From NCBI GenBank assembly GCA_965227775.1, contig OZ245777.1, forward strand, positions 224,001-288,000: a DNA stretch of 64,000 nucleotides. Reading direction: 5' to 3'. Shown piece after piece: positions 48,039-57,041 of this stretch. Positions within the stretch are counted from its first letter, which is position 1. Every line of letters begins with the position of its first letter. Source of the DNA: Phycisphaerales bacterium. Its GTDB lineage: Bacteria > Planctomycetota > Phycisphaerae > Phycisphaerales > UBA1924. Both the position numbers and the translations under genes were made by a program. The notes beneath the pieces are model-generated. The model saw nothing but the letters and a program-made list of their open reading frames with translations, searched no databases and was not told the origin of the DNA.

Positions 48039-48698
48039 CTAGTCCCAGCGGGGCTTGGGCGGCGTGTCGGCCGGCTTGGGCTCCGGGGGCGGAGATGATA
48101 GCGGGGTTGGCCGGGCGGGGTCCAGCGGGATGGAGCCCTCGTCCCGCCCTGGGGCTTCCCGAGCCGGTCGGGGCTCGGCACTCGGCGTCTGGGACGAGCT
48201 CTCGCTGGGCTTGCGCGAACCGATCAGCCGGTCCAGCGACGCCCGGCCGCCACCGCGGATGACCAGGTACAGGCAGCCTGCGGCCAGCACACCGTTGCGG
48301 TACATCTGGCACATGCCCACGGTCTCGTCGCATGGGAAGTTAAAGTTGCCAAAGCAGCCGCACTCGACGTTCAACTCGCGGACGATGACGGTGTAGATGG
48401 CGTACATGAAGACGCCCAAGGCACCCAGCATCGCGAAGGAGGCCGCCCTCGTCCAGAGCCCCAGCAGAATGAGCACGGCGCAGATTGCTTCGAGCCACGG
48501 CACGGCGAACGTTGACACGACCACGATGTGGTGGTGGTCGAAGTGATCAAGCAGCTTGAACGCCTGGATCGACTCGGCGAACGCCTTCGCAGCGTCTTCG
48601 CTCTGTAGCTTCATGAAAGCCGCGAAACCGAACACGCCCGCCAGGAACAGGCGCACGAACACGGTGATCGCAACGTCAGCTCGCTGGCCGGTGGTCAC
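48039..48698 (-). CDS. MauE/DoxX-family membrane protein
   Basis: RLFLAGVFGFAAFMK, VPWLEAICAVLILLG, NVECGCFG, RNGVL. Confidence 0.85.
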   Translation of the reverse strand: MTTGQRADVAITVFVRLFLAGVFGFAAFMKLQSEDAAKAFAESIQAFKLLDHFDHHHIVVVSTFAVPWLEAICAVLILLGLWTRAASFAMLGALGVFMYAIYTVIVRELNVECGCFGNFNFPCDETVGMCQMYRNGVLAAGCLYLVIRGGGRASLDRLIGSRKPSESSSQTPSAEPRPAREAPGRDEGSIPLDPARPTPLSSPPPEPKPADTPPKPRWD

Positions 48699-49328
48699 TC
48701 AGCCACCCCCCACCGGCTCGGTCGGGTGCCCAGCGGCTTCCCACGCGCCATAGCCCTCGTGCATGATGTAGACCTCTTCATAGAGGCGGCCGACGAGCCG
48801 CTGGAAGACGTTTTCCGAGGCGTCGCAATCACCGCCACCGCAGAAGATGATGACCGGGAACGCCGGGTCGATCTGGTCGAGCACGGGCTGGGCCAGTCCG
48901 CTGATGAAGTCCTGCGTCTGCAGGTGAAATGCGCCCTCGACGGTGCCGACGGTGCGCTCCGAGTCGGTCCGTGCATCGATGAACGCCATGCCCTCTTCCC
49001 AGAAGTCGTAGGCATCCTCGACAGAGATGTAGTACTCGGGCAGGTCCGGCGGGGCGGTATCCTCGGCCTCCACCACAGGGTCGGGCGCAGGTGTTGGCCC
49101 GGGATCGGACGCGGGCGGGTCTTCCACTTCCGGCGCTGGATCTTCGCTCCGCTCAGGGGCGGTCGACTCGCCGGACGTGTCGGATTGCGGACCCTTGGTC
49201 CCGTGTTTCGCGTCACGACGCGCGAGCGCATCGGCGCCATCGCGGGTGATCGGCCACTGCATGGAGTGGGCCACCGCGGCACCCACAGCTACTAGCAGGA
49301 TGATGGCGAGCCGTCCGACGAATCGCAT
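48699..49328 (-). CDS. exported/membrane-anchored rhodanese-like protein
   Basis: N-terminal hydrophobic helix. FIDART, GTVEGA, IIFCGGGDCDAS, GYGAWEAAGHP. Confidence 0.85.
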   Translation of the reverse strand: MRFVGRLAIILLVAVGAAVAHSMQWPITRDGADALARRDAKHGTKGPQSDTSGESTAPERSEDPAPEVEDPPASDPGPTPAPDPVVEAEDTAPPDLPEYYISVEDAYDFWEEGMAFIDARTDSERTVGTVEGAFHLQTQDFISGLAQPVLDQIDPAFPVIIFCGGGDCDASENVFQRLVGRLYEEVYIMHEGYGAWEAAGHPTEPVGGG

Positions 49329-49331
49329 CGA

Positions 49332-50489
49332 TTACTCGCCCGCGCTGGTGTCGACGATGCGGCCCACATAGGGCAGCATGACCTCTTCTTCGAGCGGCAC
49401 GTTGGTGAGCAGGACGAAGTTGCCGCGGATGCGGCCGGCCTGCTCGATGCTGGGCATGACCAAGCGAACGCGGTAGCCATCAACCGCCTCGCCGTTGGCA
49501 CCCGCCTGGGCGTCCAGGGGCTCGACGGAGTAATCGATCTTCATGGGTGCCATGCCCGAGGGCTGCAGCGGACGCAGTTCGACCCCCGTGATCTTGAACG
49601 CCTCGTTGCGACCATGGCGGATCTCGATGACCTCGTCCACCTGTCGCCCGACGCTCATCGTACCAAGCGACATGCGAGCCGGGTTGACGACCACGTCGCC
49701 TTCGACCTGCGCACCGACGGGCACGGTCACGAGCTTGCGGCGATCATCGTTCGTACGGATCGCGGCGAGCGCCTGGGCGCGGCCGGGAGGCGCATCGTCA
49801 CGCAGCGAGACGAGGATGTCGGTGCGCGCGACCGACTCACCTTCGACCTCGAAGGGGTCGGTGCCCAGGATCTCGACGTCGAAGTACTTCGCGCCGTCGC
49901 CCACCAGCGTGACGTGGAACGCCTCGAAATCCACATGCGAGCCGGTAAGGCTGATGAGCGTTTCCTTGCGGGTGTGCTTGGTGACCTCGCCCAGGTTGAC
50001 CTGTAGGGGCTCGATCGAGATCAGCGGCTTGACGAACGCGCGGACCTTCACGGCCACCATCGGGTTGGCGCGATCATTGGTGCGGAACGTCACGGTCTGC
50101 TCATGCCGACCAGCGGTCTTGCCGCGGGGGTCGAACTCGACCTGCAGTTCGATCGACTCGCCGGGGTCGAAGTCGTTCTTGGGAAGCTCGGCAACCGTGC
50201 AACCGCAGGTGCTGCTGACACTCGGAACCATGAGCGTCGAATTGCCTGCGTTGCGGAAGCGGATGGTGCCCGCGACGGGATCTGTGTCCAGGATGGTGCC
50301 CAGGTCGACGATCGGCGTTTCGAGCTCAAACGTCGGCTGCGCGTTCTCGCCATCCACGGTCCGGGCCTGCTCTTGCTCGGCCGCCTGGGTCGTGCCGGCC
50401 TGCTGGGCCAGCAGTGTTGTGGGCGAGAGCGTCAGGCCGATGCCCAGGCCCATAGCCGCGAGGATGGTCACTCGAGAATCGATGCTCAT
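49332..50489 (-). CDS. exported DUF1573 Ig-like domain protein
   Basis: Signal peptide. DLGTI...FRNAGNSTL...SSTCGCT...PGES, followed by two more Ig-like repeats. Confidence 0.85.
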   Translation of the reverse strand: MSIDSRVTILAAMGLGIGLTLSPTTLLAQQAGTTQAAEQEQARTVDGENAQPTFELETPIVDLGTILDTDPVAGTIRFRNAGNSTLMVPSVSSTCGCTVAELPKNDFDPGESIELQVEFDPRGKTAGRHEQTVTFRTNDRANPMVAVKVRAFVKPLISIEPLQVNLGEVTKHTRKETLISLTGSHVDFEAFHVTLVGDGAKYFDVEILGTDPFEVEGESVARTDILVSLRDDAPPGRAQALAAIRTNDDRRKLVTVPVGAQVEGDVVVNPARMSLGTMSVGRQVDEVIEIRHGRNEAFKITGVELRPLQPSGMAPMKIDYSVEPLDAQAGANGEAVDGYRVRLVMPSIEQAGRIRGNFVLLTNVPLEEEVMLPYVGRIVDTSAGE

Positions 50490-50686
50490 TGCGGTTCCCC
50501 TCTCTCGTCGCCACATCGGGCGCACTCCGCCCGTCCAACCGGGCTGGTCACTCATTATTGTTCGGCCGCCCGGGCCCAGGGACAGCATACCACGGGGGGC
50601 GTCTGCTGCCCACCGTGAAGCGCCGTCCGGCACAAGCCGTCACGGTCGTCCGGTATTTCCTGAGCGAAAAAGCTGGGCCTGGCCGC

Positions 50687-51946
50687 CTACTCCATAGCCT
50701 CGGCCAGCTTGTTCAGGGCGTGGACGTAGCAGGCCGTCCGCATTGGGATGTTCTCGGACTCCATGACGCTGTACACGTCGCCGAAGGCCGTCGACATGAT
50801 CTCGCCCAATCGCGTGTGGACGGTGTCCAGGTCCCAGTAGTAGCCGCTGACGTTTTGGCACCACTCGAAGTAGCTCACGGTCACGCCGCCGGCATTGGCC
50901 AGGATGTCAGGGATAACCAGGGCGTCCTTTTCGGACAGGATGTCGTCGGCTTCCTTGGTCAAAGGGCCGTTGGCCAGTTCGACAAGCACCTTGGCCCGGA
51001 CGTTCCCGGCGTTGTCCTCGCGGACGGCGTTCTCAAGGGCGGCTGGCACCAATACGTCGACATCGAGCTCGAGCAACTCCTCGTTGCTGATCTTCTTGCC
51101 AACGTCGGGCAAGCGACCGGAATCGGTCTTGGTTGCAATCGTGGCCGTCACGTCCAGGCCCGAGTCCAGGTGGATGCCCCCGCGCGAGTCGCTGACCGCG
51201 ACGACCTTGTAGCCGACTTCGTCGGCAAGCTTGGCGAAGTGCTGGCCGGCATTGCCAAAGCCCTGGATGGCGATCGTGATGTCCTTGGGGTTCCAGCCAC
51301 GCCGCTTCTCGAGCTCTCGCAGGCAGACGAAGCCACCGCGACCCGTTGCGTCGTTTCGACCCAGCGAACCACCGCGCGCCACGGGCTTGCCCGTGATGAC
51401 GCCCGGGTAGCGGCCACGCTTGATGGTGTCGAACTCGTCGCTCATCCATCCCATGATCTTCGCGTTGGTGTACACGTCGGGGGCTGGCACGTCGATGTCC
51501 GGGCCAAGCACGTCGGCCATGCCTCGCATGTAGCCGCGGCTCAGGCCCTCGAGCTCACGCTCGCTCAGCTCGCGTGGGTCGACGATCACGCCGCCCTTGC
51601 CGCCGCCCAGCGGGATGCCGACCGTCGCACACTTGAATGTCATCCAGAACGCCAGGGCCCGGACCTCGGCCGCCGACACGTCGGGGTGGTAGCGGATGCC
51701 GCCCTTGCCAGGCCCGCGGACCGTGTTGTACCGGCATCGGAACCCCGTGAAGACCTTGGTCGAGCCGTCGTCCATCTTGACGGGGATACCCACTTCGGTG
51801 AACCGTTCGGCGTGCTTCAGCCGCTCGACAGTCTCGGCCTTGGCCTTGCTGTACTGCGCGGCCTTGTCCAAGCGGGGCAGGGCCTCTTCGAGGAACACAT
51901 CGCTGCTCGAGTGGGTCTGCTCGGCTGTCAACACGTCGGGGCTCAT
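50687..51946 (-). CDS. gdhA: Glu/Leu/Phe/Val dehydrogenase (glutamate dehydrogenase)
   Basis: RGPGKGGIRYHP, PLGGGKGG, DVPAPDV, TGKP, ATGRG, IQGFGNAG, ELANGP, PDILANAGGVTVSYFEW. Confidence 0.93.
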   Translation of the reverse strand: MSPDVLTAEQTHSSSDVFLEEALPRLDKAAQYSKAKAETVERLKHAERFTEVGIPVKMDDGSTKVFTGFRCRYNTVRGPGKGGIRYHPDVSAAEVRALAFWMTFKCATVGIPLGGGKGGVIVDPRELSERELEGLSRGYMRGMADVLGPDIDVPAPDVYTNAKIMGWMSDEFDTIKRGRYPGVITGKPVARGGSLGRNDATGRGGFVCLRELEKRRGWNPKDITIAIQGFGNAGQHFAKLADEVGYKVVAVSDSRGGIHLDSGLDVTATIATKTDSGRLPDVGKKISNEELLELDVDVLVPAALENAVREDNAGNVRAKVLVELANGPLTKEADDILSEKDALVIPDILANAGGVTVSYFEWCQNVSGYYWDLDTVHTRLGEIMSTAFGDVYSVMESENIPMRTACYVHALNKLAEAME

Positions 51947-52031
51947 GGGCTTCTCCTGATGTTCTTACCTCGGGCCGGCCCACAGGACCGGACACGAGCG
52001 AATCATTGCCCGCTCGCAACGTGCGTGCTTG

Positions 52032-52865
52032 TCATTTGTCGCCCTTGAAGCCCAGCCGCGTGTACGCGAGCGAGAATCCGAGTCGGATCGCGCTCCGCTC
52101 GGTTGGGATGCCCGGCTCGCACTCGATGACGGCCACGCGACAGCCCTCGGTCAGGCCCTGTTGTAACCGCCGGGCGATGAGAGCCTTCTGGATCCCCTTG
52201 CGGCGATGGGGCTCCCCCACGACGGCGCCCCAGAGGGAAGCCACTCGAATCGGCTCGCGGTCTTGGGCGGGGGCCAGCTCGATGATCTCCATGCCGCATG
52301 TTCCCGCGAGCTCGCCATCGATGAACGCGCGAAACCCGCGGGAGCGAGGGTGCGTCTGGCTGCGCTCGGCCGCCTCGAACTCACCCTGCTGCGGCTCGAT
52401 CCCCGGCTCCGAAAATCCAAGGACGCGATGACGCACGAGCTCGCGCAGACCGGCCTGGTCTTCGTCGTCGAGCAGCTCGATGCGAAGGCCCGGGACGTCG
52501 ACGGAGTCGACTGGGTCTTGCAGATCTCGCGCGTACACACGCTCGGCCTGCTCGAGCTTGAACCCTGCCTGCGCAATCGTGGCGAAGGCAGACTCTCCGG
52601 ACAATTCAGTGAGATCGATGCTTGGCCGCGCTCCGCGCTCTCTGAGGAAAGACGAGATGCGTTCCATCCCACGCGCCGTGATCTCTGCGTCGAGCCCGCA
52701 GCCGATGGCTTGGCAAAGCCAGTCGACGCCCTGCTTGAACGAGACGACCCCGCCGCCCTCGGCGAGTGGGATGGCCTCGTGCTCGTCCGACAGCTCGGCG
52801 ATGACCGCCTGCTGCCGCCGCTCGTTGAGCTGCATGATCGTCTTCGAATCTGGCGGTGCGGACAT
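52032..52865 (-). CDS. GNAT-family acetyltransferase
   Basis: LWGAVVGEPHRRKGIQKALIARR...GC, ERSAIRLGF. Confidence 0.8.
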   Translation of the reverse strand: MSAPPDSKTIMQLNERRQQAVIAELSDEHEAIPLAEGGGVVSFKQGVDWLCQAIGCGLDAEITARGMERISSFLRERGARPSIDLTELSGESAFATIAQAGFKLEQAERVYARDLQDPVDSVDVPGLRIELLDDEDQAGLRELVRHRVLGFSEPGIEPQQGEFEAAERSQTHPRSRGFRAFIDGELAGTCGMEIIELAPAQDREPIRVASLWGAVVGEPHRRKGIQKALIARRLQQGLTEGCRVAVIECEPGIPTERSAIRLGFSLAYTRLGFKGDK

Positions 52866-52977
52866 GGCCCAAGGTTACGACGCGCGGGCGCATGAAGATC
52901 GTGGAAAGACAAGGACGGACGCGAACGCCAAGGAGAAAGCGTTCGCGTCCGGCCCCTGGGGGTTGAGAGCGGAGTGC

Positions 52978-53952
52978 TCAGCAGCCGCCGGAGAAGGCGT
53001 TCTGGAAGCACAGGAAGTCAAAGATGGTCAGCGCCCCATCGCCGTCGCAGTCGGCGGTGGCGTCACCGCTCGCAAAGGCGTTCTGGAAGGCGAGGAAGTC
53101 GAAGATGTTCAGGACGCCGTCGCCGTCGAAGTCGGCGTAGCACGACGTGGTGTCTTCGAAGGTAAAGGTACCGGTGACCTCGCCGACGCCAGTGAGCGGA
53201 TCGACCTGCCAGTGGCCCTCGAAGCCGATGTGGTTCGAGCGATTACCGCTGATCTCGCCGGTCCCGAGCACGGTGATGAAGATCTCGTCGTTCTCGATCG
53301 GCACGCTGAGCTCGATCATGATGTCGCGACTCGGAGCCGGAGGGGGACTGCCGGGATCAGCCAGCACGGAGTCGATCGCCTTGGATAGATTGACCGCACC
53401 CTTTGCGCCGTCGATGATGCCCCCGGCGCCCGACGCCTCGTAGCCCACGTATCCGCCCACGATGACCTCGAGCGCGACGACCCACCACTTGGGCTTTAGG
53501 CTGCCACCATCGTCGGCAACCTCGTGGTACTCCAGTGACAACAGCTCGCCATCGGCGTTTGTGCCCCAGAAACCCTGGATCGCGCTGTTCCATTGCTCGT
53601 CGAGGATCGTGCCGAAGCCTTGGACGTTTGAGTCGTAGCCGTCGGCCGTCGCCGTCAGGTCGCCAAAGTAGTCGACAGTCATGACGCCACCACAAACGTC
53701 GCCCTGGCCGACGGCGCTCCACGTCTGCGCGTTGAAGCTGCCGGTAATGTTGAGCCTGCCGCCAGAACACGTTTCCCATGCCGAGTCCGGATCGGAAGTC
53801 TGCATGTGCAGGCCGTGTAGCATGCTCTCAATCATCATTTGCACGTTGGCGTGCTGCTCGATTTCAAGACGCTGATCCTGGGCGTTGGCGACAGTCCCAG
53901 CGAGCAACGCGAAACCACAAAACGACTGCATAGCAAGAGCGCGAGCCTTCAT
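52978..53952 (-). CDS. exported hypothetical protein with dockerin-like GC tail
   Basis: RBS GGAGG, signal peptide, beta-rich body. Tail [20 protein letters not shown]...[25 protein letters not shown]. Confidence 0.85.
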   Translation of the reverse strand: MKARALAMQSFCGFALLAGTVANAQDQRLEIEQHANVQMMIESMLHGLHMQTSDPDSAWETCSGGRLNITGSFNAQTWSAVGQGDVCGGVMTVDYFGDLTATADGYDSNVQGFGTILDEQWNSAIQGFWGTNADGELLSLEYHEVADDGGSLKPKWWVVALEVIVGGYVGYEASGAGGIIDGAKGAVNLSKAIDSVLADPGSPPPAPSRDIMIELSVPIENDEIFITVLGTGEISGNRSNHIGFEGHWQVDPLTGVGEVTGTFTFEDTTSCYADFDGDGVLNIFDFLAFQNAFASGDATADCDGDGALTIFDFLCFQNAFSGGC

Positions 53953-54115
53953 GAGACACCTCCACGGAAACGAGTGAGCTTGGTGTGTTGCCGGAGCAAA
54001 CTTCGCCCTCGGCTACATGTACCAGCGGGGTTTCCGCGTTCTCATCACGCGGCCTGTTCACAATTTCTGAACATGGCAAGCGCTCGCCGGGAGGAGCTTT
54101 ACCTATCCTGCCAGC

Positions 54116-55120
54116 ATGCTGAAGCACGAGCACCTGGCGCAGCCCATGACGTATACATGCACCCTGCTTCGTGCGGGCCGATTGCTGCTCGACGCCGGCG
54201 GCATGTTCGGGCTGATCCCGCGCGTGGTGTGGCAGACGATGGTCGACCCAGACGAGAAGCATCGCGTCGAGTTGCACCATAACTGCTTATGGCTCGTGGG
54301 TACGACGGACGATCCGGAGCTCGGCCGGCCGCGCCAGGTCATCATCGAGGCGGGCACGGGCGACAAGCTCGACCCAAAGATGGCCGGCATCTTCGGGCTG
54401 GACGGGCGCACGGTTGAGACGGCGCTGACCGAAGCCGGCGGCGACCCGGCAAAGATCGATGACGTGGTCATCAGCCACTTGCACTTCGACCACGCGGGCG
54501 GGCTCACGCGCCGGCTGCGCCCCGGCGAGACCGCCGATTGGACCGCCGGCCCCAAGGAAGCCAGCGGCGATGCGAGCGAGGTGAAGCTGACGTTCCCGAA
54601 TGCGACGGTCCACGTCCAGGAGAAGGAGTGGCACACCGCGCTGGCCGGCGACTCGGTCATGACGAGGACCTACTACGCCGATCACCTCGCGCCAATCGAG
54701 AGCAAGCTCCGGCTGCACGACTCGCCGCGGCCCTTCGAGCCCGGCCGCGTGCCGCACAAGGACGAGCGGCCCGCGCTGCCGTGGGAGCGGCGGGCCACGA
54801 CCATCCTGCCGGGCATCAAGGTGTTCCTGACCCCCGGACACACGTGGGGCCAGCAGGCGACGTGGTTCACGGACGAGCAGGACCGGACGGTCGTGTTCGT
54901 GCCCGATGTCATGCCTACGGCCTGGCACGCGGGCAAGGCGTACAGCCTGGCCTACGACGTCGAGCCGTACACGAGCATGGTGAGCAAGGGCTGGCTGTTG
55001 CGAGAGGCCAGCGAACGCGGGTGGACCCTGATGCTCGACCACGAGCCGGGGGATCCGTGGCGGCGCGTCGAGCCCAACGGCAAGGGCTGGTACGCTCTCA
55101 AGCCGGCCGGCTTGGCATGA
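54116..55120 (+). CDS. MBL-fold metallo-hydrolase (YtnP-like)
   Basis: LDAGGMFGLIPRVVW, SHLHFDHAGG, TPGHTWG, AYDVEP, DHEP. Confidence 0.9.
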   Translation: MLKHEHLAQPMTYTCTLLRAGRLLLDAGGMFGLIPRVVWQTMVDPDEKHRVELHHNCLWLVGTTDDPELGRPRQVIIEAGTGDKLDPKMAGIFGLDGRTVETALTEAGGDPAKIDDVVISHLHFDHAGGLTRRLRPGETADWTAGPKEASGDASEVKLTFPNATVHVQEKEWHTALAGDSVMTRTYYADHLAPIESKLRLHDSPRPFEPGRVPHKDERPALPWERRATTILPGIKVFLTPGHTWGQQATWFTDEQDRTVVFVPDVMPTAWHAGKAYSLAYDVEPYTSMVSKGWLLREASERGWTLMLDHEPGDPWRRVEPNGKGWYALKPAGLA

Positions 55121-55157
55121 GCGGACCGCTCTGGGTGCGGGGGTCTACCATCGGGCC

Positions 55158-55847
55158 ATGGCCCCCGCGGTGAACGACACCACGGCTTCCAAACCCCTAC
55201 CGCAGGCCGAGATCGAGGCCTCCGAGGACGGGCGCGCCCCGAGCGAACGGCCCGCGGCGTCGGAGGGCCAAGCCCAGCCGGACGACGCGCCCCAGCCCCA
55301 AGCCTCTGCCAAGCGCAAGCGCAAGCGGACGCTGTGGGAACGGGCCGAAGCGTTCGTCAGCCGCCTCAGCACGCGCAATCACTTCTGGCATCGTGTGTGC
55401 TCGCTCATCTGGCTGCCGTACGCATTCCACAGCGGCATCAAGATGAAGATGGTCGACGCCACGACCTTCCAGGCGGTGCTGCCCTTCCGCCGGTTTAACC
55501 GCAACTGGTACAACGCCATGGCGGGCGCGGCGCTCCTGGGCAACGCCGAGATCGCTGGCGGGTCGTACATCTTCAAGGTGTGTGGGGCCGACTACACGGT
55601 GGTGTGCAAGAAGCTCGAGTACAAGTTTCTTCGACCCTGCCTTGGCCCGGCCGTCTACCGCATCGAGCCCGAGGAAGACATCGAGGCGCTTGTCGCCAGC
55701 GGCAAGGAATTCAATCTGACCATCACCATGAACGTGGTGCAGCAGATCCGCCGGCCAAGCGACCGCGAGAAGCGCGTGGGGCTGGCGACGGCGACCTTCC
55801 ACGTGACACCCAAAGCCCACCAGCGCAGCCGCGGCCGGCTCAAGTAA
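55158..55847 (+). CDS. hotdog-fold / DUF4442-like protein
   Basis: LPFRRFNRNWYNAMAGAAL and VVCKKLEYKFLRP resemble the PaaI/DUF4442 pattern. Confidence 0.65.
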   Translation: MAPAVNDTTASKPLPQAEIEASEDGRAPSERPAASEGQAQPDDAPQPQASAKRKRKRTLWERAEAFVSRLSTRNHFWHRVCSLIWLPYAFHSGIKMKMVDATTFQAVLPFRRFNRNWYNAMAGAALLGNAEIAGGSYIFKVCGADYTVVCKKLEYKFLRPCLGPAVYRIEPEEDIEALVASGKEFNLTITMNVVQQIRRPSDREKRVGLATATFHVTPKAHQRSRGRLK

Positions 55848-55853
55848 ACGCCC

Positions 55854-57041
55854 ATGGCCGGGCCACGCGCTCCATCCGTCCCAACTCAAACGTCGCCGCT
55901 GGCCGCCCTCGGCTGGGGCTTCTACTTGGCCGTGTCATGGACTTGGGTCATCGGCATGATCCTGCCTGCGCTGATGCTGCGCGACTTTGGCTGGTGGGGC
56001 CTCCTCGTGTTCCTCGCGCCAAATGCCATCGGCGCGGCGCTGATGGGCACGGTGCTGCGCGATGCAGAGTCGGCCAAGCGGCTGCGATCTCAACACAAAG
56101 ACGCGATCGGCCTGTTCTCGATTGTCACGATCGCATTTCACTTCTATGTGATCGGAGCGATTGCACTCTCCGTGGCCGGGTGGCCCACGTTCTCGGGCCA
56201 GATCTTGATCCTGGTGTTCCTGCTTCTCCCGCTGCTTGACATCGCACGCAGTCGTCACACGAAGCTCGTTGCCGTCGTGATCTGGCTCGTGAGTGTCTTG
56301 ATGGCTGGCTTGTATTGGAGTACGGGTGGAGGCGATTCGGTCTTGGCTGGGGCCGGGTACGCGACCGAATTTTCACGTGACTTATTGATGCTTGCTCCGG
56401 TCGTGGTGTTCGGATTCGCCTTGTGCCCATATCTGGACGCGACGTTCCTCCGTGCTCGTATGGAAACCTCCCGTGCTGGTGGCAGAGCGGCTTTTGCGTT
56501 CGGCTTTCTGTGCCCGTTCGTCATCATGATCGCGTTCACGGTGTTGTACTCAACGATCATCGCAGCCGGGAACGAGGTCGGCTGGCGATTGGTCCTCTTC
56601 CATCTGGTCATCCAGTCAACGTTCACGGTCGGCGTTCATATTCGAGAGGGTCTGGGTCGAAACTCCAGAGCGCTTGGCGGCTTCGTACTCGCAGTCGCGG
56701 CAGGACTTCTCGTGTGGCTCCTCCCATCCGGCCCCATCTCCTGGGCCGACAACATGCTCGCCTGGGAGGTCGTCTACCGCCTCTTCATGTCTGCTTACGG
56801 CCTGTTCTTCCCCGCGTACGTGCTCTTCGCCGTGGTGCCCGGCGCGATGAAGATGGGCCCCATGCCCCGTGCCGGCCGTGCCGTCACCGCAATCACAATC
56901 GCCGCCGTGCTGCCGTTGTACACGCTTGGGTTCATCGCGCGCCAGGAACAGTGGCTCCCACTCGCCCTGGGTCTTGTGCTCGGCGGAGCGTTCATCACGT
57001 TCACGATGCGTCGCCGTGCGTCGGAGCCGCGCGATGACTGA
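55854..57041 (+). CDS. polytopic membrane protein, possible transporter
   Basis: About 11-12 hydrophobic helices. N-terminal AVSWTW...G..GLLVFLAPN resembles solute:sodium symporter-fold proteins. Confidence 0.7.
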   Translation: MAGPRAPSVPTQTSPLAALGWGFYLAVSWTWVIGMILPALMLRDFGWWGLLVFLAPNAIGAALMGTVLRDAESAKRLRSQHKDAIGLFSIVTIAFHFYVIGAIALSVAGWPTFSGQILILVFLLLPLLDIARSRHTKLVAVVIWLVSVLMAGLYWSTGGGDSVLAGAGYATEFSRDLLMLAPVVVFGFALCPYLDATFLRARMETSRAGGRAAFAFGFLCPFVIMIAFTVLYSTIIAAGNEVGWRLVLFHLVIQSTFTVGVHIREGLGRNSRALGGFVLAVAAGLLVWLLPSGPISWADNMLAWEVVYRLFMSAYGLFFPAYVLFAVVPGAMKMGPMPRAGRAVTAITIAAVLPLYTLGFIARQEQWLPLALGLVLGGAFITFTMRRRASEPRDD

